Assembly (NCBI GenBank): GCA_030704615.1
Contig: CM060731.1
Location: 64,046,001 to 64,110,000, forward strand
Direction: 5' to 3'
DNA length: 64,000 nucleotides
From: Takakia lepidozioides
Lineage: Eukaryota; Plantae; Bryophyta
Below, piece after piece: positions 26,898 to 39,359 of this stretch (the stretch's first letter is position 1; every line of letters starts with the position of its first letter). Made by a program: the position numbers and the translations under genes. Below the pieces are notes generated by a model, which was given only the letters and a program-made list of their open reading frames with translations, ran no database searches and was not told the DNA's origin.

Positions 26898-27850
26898 AGG
26901 TGTTTAGTACAGATCTCCAGACGGTATCCTTGCCTGCACCCGAGGGCAACAAGAATTATTCATGTGATACTGCTGCAGGTGTTTAGTATAAATCTCTTGT
27001 TCAATCTTGCCTGCACCCGAGGGCAACAAATTCTTGTTCGCTAACGTACTAATGCACAACACTTGGCACCCATTTGTGGCCAGGCTGCTTGGGAAAGACA
27101 GCTTGATGGTCAAAACCTGCGAAGATCACAAGTACATTCATACCCCATTCATATTGTAATGTCATGAAACTTCATCGTATAGAAATATGCACACTGCATA
27201 GTCTGTATAACAAAAAATGATGTGTAGTATTCGTGGTTTGCTTTCTTAATTTATTCATGGTGACAACAGACGGTTCCGACGACTCTTCATGATCGTCTCC
27301 AGTCCTGATGGCATCCAAGGCTTCGCACCTAGAATGGATGCCATTGTGAGGTCCCACATTGCCGAATTCTGGAATGGCAAGGATCAGATTCTGGGAGTTC
27401 CTGCGGTGAGAATGTACACCTTTGCAGTGGCAGCGGAAATATTTGTTAGTGTCAAACAAAGGGATCCCGAGTTCCTTCCAACGTATGAAACGCTCGAAAC
27501 GTTTTTCTGATCTGGCATGATGCAAATACCCATCGATCTCCCTGGAACTGTCTACCGCAAAACAAGGCTTGCGCGCGAATCGGTACTACGTATCTTCGAG
27601 AACATCATACTACGAAGGCAGCAGGTGCATTGCAATTTCTGTTGTAAAACAGGTCCCTCATTTTCAGGTTCTCTTTCACAAACAAAAGAAATATTATCCT
27701 CTAAATTTTGGATCAATTTTTTTGTGCAGGATTTGAAAGACGGAAAAACTTCAGCTAACCAGGATCTCCTCTCTTCGTGGCTAAGCACCCCGATTGAGAA
27801 CGGAAGATTCATGATTATGGAGGAAATGAAAGACAATATCTTAATTATGT
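26898..27850 (+). pseudogene. Cytochrome P450 pseudogene, CYP85 clan (CYP716/CYP725-like), internal exons only
   Basis: ILPAPEGNKFLFAN...TWHPFVARLLGKDSL, GFAPRMDAIVRSHIAEFWNGKDQI...MYTFAVAAEIF, IPIDLPGTVYRK...RESVLRIFENII and QDLLSSWL...EEMKDNIL. It has a frameshift and an 80-bp duplication, and lacks the N-terminus and heme motif. Confidence 0.85.
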
Positions 27851-28000
27851 TCGTACACAAGAGGCATATAATGCATTCCCAAATGGAAAAAGATGAGATT
27901 TTACATGCCTGGATGCATACTTTACTACACTTATCTGGGAAATCCCTCCATCCGTGAATAATGGGACTCTCCCTGACGGAATTCCTCAGCCACCTTCAAC

Positions 28001-28727
28001 ACGGTAAAAATGACCATTTTAAAATGTGAGAAACATCAAATGATTCAATCCTGGTAAAAACAACCATTTTAGAATGTGAGAAACTGCAAATGATTCAATC
28101 ATGGTAAAAGCAACCATTTTAGAATGTGAGAAACTGCAAATGATTCAATCTTGGTAAAAGCAACCATTTTAGAATGTGAAAAATTGCAAATGATTCAATC
28201 CTGGTAATAACAACCATTTTAGAATGTGAGAAACTGCAAATGATTCAATCCTGGTAAAAGCAACCATTTTAGAATGTGAGAAACCGCAAATGATTCAATC
28301 TTGGTAAAAGCAACCATTTTAGAATGTGAGAAACCGCAAATGATTCAATCCTGGTAATAACAACCATTTTAGAATTTGAGAAACCGCAAATGATTCAATC
28401 TTGGTAAAAGCAACCATTTTAGAATGTGAGAAACTGCAAATGATTCAATCATGGTAAAAGCAACCATTTTAGAATGTGAGAAACTGCAAATGATTCAATC
28501 ATGGTAAAAGCAACCATTTTAGAATGTGAGAAACTGCAAATGATTCAATCATGGTAAAAGCAACCATTTTAGAATGTGAGAAACTGCAAATGATTCAATC
28601 ATGGTAAAAGCAACCATTTTAGAATGTGAGAAACTGCAAATGATTCAATCCTGGTAAAAGCAACCATTTTAGAATGTGAGAAACTGCAAATGATTCAATC
28701 CTGGTAAAAGCAACCATTTTAGAATGT
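28001..28727. repeat. Minisatellite, 50 bp x ~14.5
   Basis: Unit (A/C/T)TGGTAAAAGCAACCATTTTAGAATGTGAGAAACTGCAAATGATTCAATC, highly homogeneous, no spacers. Confidence 0.97.
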
Positions 28728-28759
28728 CACATCAAATGTTTCACTCTTTTCATTTTCAC

Positions 28760-30815
28760 TTGTAATCAGGGAATGCACCCCATAGTGTCACATGGCAAAA
28801 TTGACAATCCAAAGGTAAATCCATAAGTATTGCCATGTGCAACCTGAGTTTCTAGTTCTACTTTTCATCAAGGAATATATCCCACATTGTGAGATTTTAA
28901 GTATCAATGTCGTGCTCCCTTCAGAACAATATATGCCTTCAAAGTAAACTGTACACTCCTAACAAGGCTCAAAGGATGATCAGAATTGGAGCTACTGGGC
29001 TCTAAAGCTACCACCGACTGCAGCTACATGGTTGTAATGCTCCCAAAGGATGTCCATCACTGAATCACATGCATCCTAACTTATGCCAACTTCTTGATGT
29101 TATCTAAGTACAAATGTTGCAGCCCGTTGCTAATAGGAGGAGGATTGATGATGCCAATCTTGAATTCTCTAAATGCCCATACTACCACCAAATCCAAATG
29201 CTTCAGCCTCCTCTTTGCATCAACCTCTCGTTTTTTGATGGGGATGCAAAGTTTTGGGAACTTCTTGGCAACATTGGCAAGCACATCATGTATATTATCC
29301 AGCCCCATGACCACCATGGCAATGGTCTTTTTGGCATTCTCTGTTAGTTTCTCAACCTGGACTCCATGCACAGTGACAAATGCATTGCTTCAAATCCCTC
29401 ATTTATGTCATACTACTCATCAAACTAACACTCTGGAAATATACTGCTACAAATGGTTAATACTAAGAGAGATGCATACCTGAAAAACTGCAATGAGGCT
29501 ACCATCAAGCGCTGCATCCACAAGACGATCATGGTCGACACCACCCTTTCCATTCGTTTTTTGCATAACCTTCAGATGCGTTGGGCTCGCGGACAAAGAA
29601 TTTATAGACAAGATTTTCTGGACTAGTACAACTTCAATCTGTCTATCCATCAACACCCTTCCCAAATATAGTACACCATTAACACAAATAAACTTCAAGA
29701 ACCAAACATGGTCACATGCATAATCAGCTTTACAACAAGATTCAGATATACAAATATTACTTACTTCTTTATAGGCTTTTTGAAAAGAGTCCGAAGGTCT
29801 GTACCACGAATTTTCCTCTTCCTCTTTAAGCTTGCTTGTACATGTGTGACGTCCTCATCCCTTTCCACATAAACCACTGACATGAGATGCAAGGCACATC
29901 ACTGTAAATTTCATATTTCATACTTCTATTGTTGTACTTTCATTCAGCTATACAACAAACTTTGAGCCCATCATATTTATATTCTTTACTACAAAAGAAC
30001 AAGTGAAAGTAATGTACAGAAAGTGTTTAGGTTGGAAGAAATACTTGTGAGGCTCCACGCTTTTAGAGAAGGTCGCTTGCACTGGATCAGGTTGCTCAGT
30101 ATGTTCCATGACATCATGTTCTGTTAGCTCCATCATTGGAGAGGGTGCTTGCACCTGTGTGTCGCCCCCATCCCTTTCCATATAAACCAATGACATGAGA
30201 TGCAAGGCACATCACTGTAAATTTCACATTTCATACTTCTATTGGTGTCATTCAGCTATACAACAAACTTTGAGCCCATCCTATTTATATTCTTTAAGCG
30301 ACCATATTATGACGGTCGCTGGTTGTTTTATATCATTTAAAAAAAATAGCGACCGCCATACGGTCCTCACATGTTTTTTATATTGGCGGTCGCTTAATTT
30401 TATATATTATTGAAATTAAGCGACTGCCAATTCTGGCGGTCGCTTGTTTTTTATATATTTTTAAAATTATGCAACCGCCAATACGGAGGTCGCTGTTTTT
30501 CTTTTTTAAATTACACGACCACCAATGCGACCGCCAATCTTGTTTTTTTTATAAAAAAATTTAAGCAAACGCCATGTTGGCGGTTGCTCTTATTTCTAAA
30601 ATCCCGAAATATAAAGCGACCGCCAGAATTGGTGGTCGCTTTCATTTTATTATTTTCCAAAATGTATTTGTCACCGCCACCGTGTCGGCGACGTGGCTGC
30701 TTAAGTAGCAATATTTTAGCTGGTTTTTTTTTAACTAGAATATTCCCAGAATCTGACGTGACGGAGGTCCCGTTAGTGTCAGGTCTGACGTGACCTGACG
30801 CTGACTAACGGACGT
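28760..30815 (-). mobile_element. Degenerate DNA-transposon-like segment with spliced ORF remnants and GCGACCGCCA repeats
   Basis: Unassigned ORFs 29081-29371 and 29447-29698, a ~120-bp duplication (~29856/~30168), and about a dozen GCGACCGCC/GGCGGTCGC motifs in AT-rich DNA at 30295-30700, resembling CACTA subterminal repeats. Confidence 0.4.
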
Positions 30816-30825
30816 GACACTGATA

Positions 30826-32505
30826 ACCGGGCAAAAGATCAGCATGCCCGAGAAATTTGATGGGACGAGATCAACATTTCGTGGTTTTGTTCAACAAGTA
30901 CGACTGTTTCTACGACTACATCCACAACGCTACCCCAATGAAGGTATTCAAGTGGGATTTGTGGGCACCCTTCTATCAGGCACTCTCTTATCTTGGTTTG
31001 CACCGCTATTATAGAAAAATTTGCATTTACTATACAATTTTGAAGCGTTCATGTCCGAATTCACTGTAACGTTTGGAGAGAATGATAGAGAGAGAGTTGC
31101 AGAGACAAAGATGTGAAATCTTCGACAAGGGGCACGTCCAGCTTCCGTTTATGCTGCCGAATTTCAACAACTTGCGTGCGACCTCGACTGGAATGAGAAG
31201 AGTCTCATTAGTCAGTTCCGATGTGGCCTAAAAGAGGATGTAAGAGATTTATTTTCTGACAATGCCAAAGGTGAGTACACTCAGCGAATTCATCACCCAA
31301 GTCATTGCATGTGATAATCGTTTGTTCGAAAGACGTCAACAGAAGCGATCTGGATGGTCGACAACCCATCATGCCGCTGCTATTACGACACCAAACACAA
31401 CGATCCATCAGACATCCGGTAGTGATCCTATGCAGATTGATGTTGTCCGATTCAAGCCATTGACGCCACAAAAAAAACAAAGACGGCGTTCGAATGGATT
31501 ATGCCTCTATTGCGGAGAAGAAGATCACATAACATTTAACTGCTCCAATAAGAGAAGATTCAAAGCTCGGGGCGCAACTCAAGTGTTCCATAGTATAGAG
31601 GCCACATGTTTCCTCCAGCACCAGCCAACTCTCTTTCTAAGCTGCAAAGAAAGAGACAAGAGTCCAGTCACAATAGGAACCATGCGGATGGACACCACAA
31701 ATTCCTCACCGAAAAGATGTCTTTTTCTACCTCCAGACCCTGCACCTTGCTTCACAGTTCCGGTAAAAATGAGAGTGCAAAATCGAGATATCTCTATAGA
31801 AACACTTTTGGACTCAGGGGCTTCAACATGTTTTATTGACAAAAACTTCGCGAAACAACACAATTTAACGCTCGTAAAGAAGAAATTCTCGGCCCCCGTT
31901 GAAGTCATCGATAGACCAGACGGATCAAGAAATATTGACCATGAAACTCGACCACTTAAAGTGAAGCTTAAATATCAAGCATCACATATTGTTTTCAACG
32001 TCATCCAGTTTTCAACGAATCATGTGATCCTTGGACTTCCCTGGTTCGTACTTCACAATCCTGACATCGACTGGCGATCGCGAAAAATTTCTGCAAGACA
32101 AAAATGTAGAAATATCAAAGGTATTCAATCCCTGTTCCTTGGAGCTAGAGCTTTCATGAGAGCTACAAAAAAAGATGCGACATTTGCACTTTATGCGACT
32201 CTGATCAAGACCACAACATACAAATGTACTTCCACATTATCCACTCAATATCAAGATTTCAATGATGTCTTCGAAAAGAAAAATGCAAACATATTGCCAG
32301 AACATCGACCTTGTGACTATGCAATTGAGTTACAAAAAAGAGCCCAACCACCATTCGGCCCAATCTATAACTTATCCCAGACGGAGTTGGTTGCATTACG
32401 TGAATACATTGATGAAAATTTGTCGAAGAACTTCATTCGACATTCAAAATCACCTGCGGGGGCGCCTATCTTGTTTGTGAAAAAGAAGGACGGATCATTA
32501 TGCAT
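30826..32505 (+). mobile_element. Ty3/gypsy fragment (gag-protease-RT start), same family as 32876-39359
   Basis: PEKFDGTRS..RGFVQQVRL, zinc knuckle CLYCGEEDHITFNC, protease LLDSGAS, RT start [19 protein letters not shown]. Confidence 0.93.
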
Positions 32506-32875
32506 ACTTCGTAATCGTTTCTGAAAGCATACCGTCGGACAACCTCTGTTGCATGTCTTAGGAAATGGGCAGTAGTGTTGCTAACCTGTTTTGTCTAAGT
32601 CATGAACCAGCGGTTAACACATGTAACTATTCCACGACACGTAGTCACGTGGAGAAGGATGCCATTGGCTGGGGGGATTTTTTTGCCGCGATTTCTGTGA
32701 AGTCGTTGCAAAATGCTCCCATAGCCCCTCCTCTGGCTTCCGAGAACATTTCATTTTACAAAATTTCCTTTTAATAACTATTATGGCACTTATTCAAACT
32801 CGTTTCGTGTTAAGGATTTAGGGTCAATTGTAATTTTTCGATCGAGATCGGAGTTCTTTAGTTCTTAGCCATTTC

Positions 32876-35800
32876 TGTCAATGACGAGAACATGACTGAA
32901 CACAAACAAGAAATCAAACTAGAGGTACAAGACTAGACAAGAAGTCAAGGTCAGCGTGGCCGTATGCACGATGAGTAAATAATAACAATAAACAAGAGTA
33001 CAAGATATTAGAACACGACTTGAATACTGGAATGCTGGAAACTAGACTGGAATATCAGATACTGGAAACTGGGCTAGAGTACTGGGAACTGGAAACAAGA
33101 GTAGCTTGAATTGGTGTTGGAGAGACTGAAGAGTGTCCAGTCTCACCTCCTATATATACTGGCTACTAAGAAGCTTCCCCTATGGAGGTTTCTTGGAAGT
33201 TTCTTGGAAGTTTCCAAGATTAAACAAATGTTTCTTCATGGCTAAGCTTCCTTAAACAAATGAGGTATCTTGATGGAGAAATTTCCTCCAAACGAAGCTT
33301 CCTGAGCATTTTCCCAAGTTACTCTTACTAATTTGGTAAACTCCCAGTAACTTGGTAAGTAATGGTAAATCATGGTAAATCATAATAACTTCCGATAACA
33401 TGGTAATTTGGTAACTTCTGGTATTTACCCCTGGTAAGTTCCTCTGGGCTATGTCCGTGACATCACCCCCTTCTCTAGCGCCGAGTTCCTCGAGGAGCGG
33501 TAAAATCCTGGACTTGCTTAGAGTTGGAGAAAATCCAAAATCCGACGAATGGTACTTGCCAAGTATTCGGCTCTTCGTTCTTGACTCAAATGATTTATAG
33601 TTTCCTGCAACCATTGATAGTCTCCAACACCTTGAACTTGGGACCACGCAGTGATTTGAGCATTCTGATTTTCGAAGTTGCTTTCAAACATGATTTCGTT
33701 GCCCTCTGGGTGCGAAGCCTCAACCTCTAACAGCTTGATCAGACTTCGAGTAGGCTCCACTTGCCGTCGTATGGGGTCCAGACAAGGAAGTACGCATCAC
33801 ATTTGTGGCCCATCGTCTCGAGAGCGTCGGCGTGATGTTGAAGGTCGTGAGAGTCGGAACGGCTGATCTGGTAGTTGGGTAAGCGACAGCTCCAATGTAT
33901 CTGGTTCATGTGACTCCATACTGCCAATACAAAATGCAAGAGTGCTGAAAGTGTAGCTATATATACTGATGTGTGATGCTCCTCCCTCCTTGGCATGTAT
34001 CAGATACATTGAATGTGGAGTCTTTACCTGACTCTAATAATGAAACATGAAAGACTGGATGGATGCGCATACTTCGTGGGAGTTCAAGCCGAAAACTGAC
34101 CGAATTTATTTGTCGAATAATTTTGAATGATCCCAGACGTTGATAATCCAACTTCCTTGATGGTCGTGAGGTTTGTATGTCCCGTCGAAGAAGCCACACA
34201 CGATCTCCGACCTTGAACTGGGGATGGAGTTGGCGACGTTGATCTGCGTACTCCTTGTATTGTTTTTGAGCTTCTGCGAGGTGGAATGTAAGCTCCTTGT
34301 GATCGTAGCAAGATGAGCAGCAAGGTTTTCTGCAGCATGGCTTCCAACAGTCTTCATGTGAAAAGGGTTTGCTCGAGGATGATGACTATAATTAGAGAAA
34401 AATGGAGTTTGTTTGGTCAAAGAATGTATAGTGTTGTTGTAGGCAAACTCAGCCAATGACAGAAGGTCCGTCCAATTATCTTGGTGATAATTTATCGTAC
34501 AGCGAAGATAATGCTCCAAAATCTGGTTTACACGTTCGGTTTGACCATCAGTCTATGGATGATTAGCTGTAGAGAGGTTGATCTTAGTATCCAATATGTG
34601 AGATAATCCCCTCCAGAAATTTGATATGAATTGTGGTCATCGATCAGATACGATGTCCTTCGGGAGTCCATGAATGCGGTAGATATTATTGAGGAAGAGT
34701 CTTGCAGTTTCCTCGCCGGTAACCGTCTTATTACATGGAATGAAATGTGTCATCTTCGTAAAACGATCTACAATAACAAGGAATGAATCAGTGGTCTTGG
34801 AAATTGGAAGGTCCGTAATAAAGTCCATAGACACGGACGACCATGGACCCTTGGGAATGGGTAATGGTTGAAGAAGACCGTAAGGTCGATGTCGTGGTCC
34901 CTTCGCTCTAGCACACGTATCGCAAGATTTTATAAATTCTTTCACGAGTTTCCACATCTGCGGCCACAAGTAGTCCCTGGATATCAATTCCATTGTTTTG
35001 TTGAAGCCGAAATGTCCTGCAGCCGGATGATCATGACATGTTTGAAGAATTCGAAGTCGTGTAGATCCTGGAGGTACATAGAGAAGTCCCTTGAAATAAA
35101 GTAAGCCATCTTTGAATTCGAAGTCGTTTGTAACATGTGGGTTGTCTCGAGGTCGATTTAGTTGACTTCGTAGTGTCGTAACAAATTGGTCGTTCTTCAG
35201 TGCTTCCTGAATCTCCTTTCTGATCTCTACATCGTCATAGGTGAACATGGATAGCATATTCACTTGGAGATTTGCTGGTTTCAAGATGATGGATTTCTGT
35301 TAGTCAAAAGATGCATCTCCTTCTTTTGGCGCAAAATACGATTGTCGAGAAATAGCATCTGGTTTTCCTTGAAGATGTCCGGGACGGTAGGTAATAACAA
35401 AATCAAACATTGATAGTGACATATTCCATCTCGCTTGACGTCGATTCAAAACACGAGCACTCATAAAATACTCGAGGTTTTTGTGATCGGTATAGACTGT
35501 GACTTGATGTTTAGCTCCCTCCAATAGATGACGTCACTCCTCAAAAGCATCAATAATTGCTAGAAGTTCTTTGTCAAGGATTTCATACTTGATTTCCGCA
35601 GCGGAAAATTTGCGAGAACAAAAACCAACAAGGTGAAGTTGGGCATCTGTACCATATTGAGAGAGTACCCCGCTGAGTGCAAAGTCCGATGCATGTGCTT
35701 CCAAAAAGAATGGTTTAGATGGGTCTGCATGTACCAGTATTGGAGCCGTTGTAAATGACTGCTTCAGCCTTTCAAATGATTGGTCAGCCTTCTCGTCCCA

Positions 35801-36935
35801 TACAAATTTGTCTTTCCCTGTGAGTCGTGTCGTGCAACAATTTTGGAGTAATCCTTGATGAAGATTCTATAGAAATTTGCAAATCCTAGAAAACATTGTA
35901 CATCTCGGACCGAAGTTGGTTTAATCCACTCGATGATGGTTTGTATTTTCTTCTGATCTATAAAGACTCATTTGTCGGAAATAATGTAGCCCAAAAATTC
36001 GACTTCAAATTGGTGGAAAATATATTTTTCCAACTTGGTATAGTCATTTTTCCCTCAATTTATTAAAGACAAGGCGTACATGGCGACCATGTTTTTCTTC
36101 ATTCTGTGAAAATATCAAAATGTCGTCTAAATAGATGACTACAAAGTCATCTAAAAATTCTCGAAAGATGTCATTCATCATGTGTTGAAAAATTGTTGAA
36201 GCATTTGTAAGACCGAAAGGCATAACATTGTATTCGAAATGTCCGTACCTTGTGCGAAAAGCAGTCTTTCATTCGTCTCCTTCTTTTATTCGTATAAGGT
36301 TGTAAGCTCATCTCAAGTCGATCTTTGTGAAAAAATTTGCTCATCCAAGTTGTTCGAGGAGTCCGGAAATCAGCGGTAGTGGGTAACGATTTTTTATAGT
36401 GACTTTGTTGAGCCCACGATAGTCCACACACATGCGTAACGATCCGTCATTCTTTTTCACAAATAAGATAGGTGCTCCCTCGGGTGATTTCGAATGTCGA
36501 ATGAAATTCTTTGACAAATTTTCATCAACGTATTCGCGTAAAGCAGCCAACTCTGTCTTAGATAAATTGTAAATCGGGCCGAATGGTGGTTGAGCTCATT
36601 CTTGCAACTCAATTGCACAATCATAAGGTCGATGTTCTGACAACATGTCTGCATTTTTCTTTTCGAAGACATCCTTGAAATCTTGATATTGAGTGGGTAA
36701 TGTCGAAGTACCTTGGTTTGTTGTGGTTTTGATCGGAGTCGTATAAAGTGCAAATGTCGCGTTTTTCTTCGTAGCTCTCATGAAGGCTTCAGCTCCAAGA
36801 AACAAGGGTTGAATACATTTGGTACTTTTGCATTTTTGTCTTGCCGAAATTTTTTGTGATCGCTAGTCGATGTCAGGATTATGAAGTACAAACCAGGGAA
36901 GTCCAATGATCACAGGATTTGTTGGAGACTGGATG
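32876..36935 (-). mobile_element. 3' half of Ty3/gypsy element: RT, RNase H, integrase, PPT, 3' LTR (32876-33462)
   Basis: [81 protein letters not shown]; PPT AGAGAAGGGGGTGA; LTR TGTCA..TGACA followed by GAAAT. Several stops. Confidence 0.96.
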
Positions 36936-37326
36936 TGCCATATGCTGGAAATGCAAGTTCATGCAAGACCTGGAATCCGCGCAATTGTTTTTGGTTTGCA
37001 CCACATGCCTAGGTCTAGGCCACAATCGATTGATGTGACACCATTTCATGAATTTTTTGCATCTCGTGCTCGGCCACCTGAACTCTTTCGGAAAATCCTC
37101 TCATCCCTCTTCTGCTAGTATGTTACGGTCATCATATACTTCCCAATTCAAATCATGCCTTGACCCTTTGATTTTCTTAGGGGGCGGTCCATGTTCATAG
37201 GGGTCATCTCTTCCATGACGTTCATCGACCTGGCCCTTTGTCATTTTGTAACAATCGGAGCAACCCTAAACGACGTTCACTAATAAGTAACGGAAAATTA
37301 AACATTACTGAAGCAAACGTGGAAAT

Positions 37327-39359
37327 TGTCACGGACATAGCTTAGAGAAACTTACCAGGAGTAAATACCAGAAGTTATCAAATTACCATGTTACCGGAAG
37401 TTACTATGATTTATCGTGATTTATCATGATCTACCATTACTTACCGAATTATCGGAAGTTTATCAAATTACCAAGAATAACTTGGGAAACTGCTCAGAAA
37501 GCTTCATTTGGAGGAAACTTCTCCATCAAGATACCTCATTTATTTAAGGAAGCTTATCCATGAAAAACCTTTGTTTAATCTTGAAAACTTCTCCAGCAAG
37601 AAACCTCTATAGGGGAAGCTTCATAGGAAAGCTTCTTAGTAGCCAGTATATATAGGAGGCGAGACTGGATACTCTTCAGTCTCGCCAACACCAGTTCAAG
37701 CAGTTCCCAGTACTCCAATCCAATTCCCAGTACTCGAGCCCAATTTCCAGTATCTGGTATTTCAGTCCAGTTTCCAACATTCCAGTATTCAAGTCGTGTT
37801 CCAATATTTTGTACTCTTGTTCATTGTTAGAAAGATCGTCTTGATTCTTATTTACTCATCGTACATACGGTCACGCCGACTTTGACTTCTTGTCTAGTCT
37901 TGTACCTCTAGTTTGATTTCTTGTTTGTGTCCAGTCATGTTCTCGTCTTTGACAGTTTAGCGAGACTAAAGTTTATTTCTTAGTTAGTTAAGATGGAAGA
38001 CACATTTGTGGAAATGGTCGCCACATTGCAGAGTCTTCAGCTCCAGATGCAAGAACTTTGTGTCTCTACTGCCCAATTACAAGCTGATCAGTCTCAAGAT
38101 CTTGACAACGCTCTCAACAATTTACAACAACAAATTTCAGAGTTGAAGGAGTCGAACAATGGATCTTCAACCTTACGAATCCCTACTACAACGAATTCTA
38201 CTGCAACGGTTCCTCCAAATCTTCAGCAGATTACAAGGAAACCAAAGGTCAGCATGCTCGAAAAAATTGATGGGACGAGATCAAGATTTCGCGGTTTTGT
38301 TCAACAAGTACGATTGTTCCTACGACTACATCCACAACGCTATCCTGATGAAGGTATTCAAGTGGGATTTGTGGGCACCCTTCTATCAGGCACTGTCTTA
38401 TCTTGGTTTGCACCGTTATTATAGAAAAATTGCATTTACTATACAATTTTGAAGCGTTCATGTCCGAGTTCACTGTAATGTTTGGAGAGAATGATAGAGA
38501 GAGAGTTGCAGAGACAAAGATGTGAAATCTTCGACAAGGGGCACGTCCAGCTTCCGTTTATGCTGCCGAATTTCAACAACTTGCGTGCGACCTCGACTGG
38601 AATGAGAAGAGTCTCATTAGTCAGTTTCGATGTGGCCTAAAAGATGATGTAAAAGATTTATTTTCTGACAATGCCAAAGATGAGTACACTCAGCGAATTC
38701 ATCACCCAAGTCATTGCATGCGATAATCGTTTGTTCGAAAGACGTCAAGAGAAGCGATCTGGATGGTCGACGATGCACCATGCCGCTGCTACTACGGCAT
38801 CAAACACAACGATCCATCAAACATCCGGTAGTGATCCTATGCAGATTGATGTTGTCCGATTCAAGCCATTGTCGCCACAAGAAAAACAAAGACGACGCTC
38901 AAATGGATTATGCCTTTATTACGGAGAAGATGATTACATAGCATTGAACTGTCCCAACAAGAGAAGATTCAAAGCTCGGGGCACAACTCAAGTATTCGAT
39001 ACGAGGAGGTCGGAAAACGAAGATGTACAGTCACAGTATGGACCATGTGGCTGGACATCCCAAATTCCTCACAAAAAAAAAATCTATTTGTATCTCCAGA
39101 CCCTGTACCTTGTTTCATAGTTCCAGTAAAGATCAAGATGCAAAATCGAGATATCTCCGTAGAAGCACTTTTGGACTTGGGCGCTTCAGCGTGTTTTATT
39201 AACAAAGACTTTGAGAAGCAGTACAATTTAACGCTCGTAAGAAATAAATTATCGGCCTCTGTTGAAGTCATCGATGGACGACTGTTAGCATCAGAAAATA
39301 TTGACCATGAAACTCAACCCCTTGAAGTGAAGCTTAAAAATCAAGCATCACAGATTGTT
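37327..39359 (+). mobile_element. 5' half of the same gypsy element: 5' LTR (37327-37954), gag, protease
   Basis: LTR TGTCACGGACATAG..TGACA homologous to the reverse complement of 32876-33462 and preceded by GAAAT; gag from ATG 37993; protease LLDLGAS. Confidence 0.96.

Noticed and set aside
28001-28727. CRISPR-like array
   Set aside because: Contiguous tandem units without unique spacers; eukaryotic context; no cas genes.
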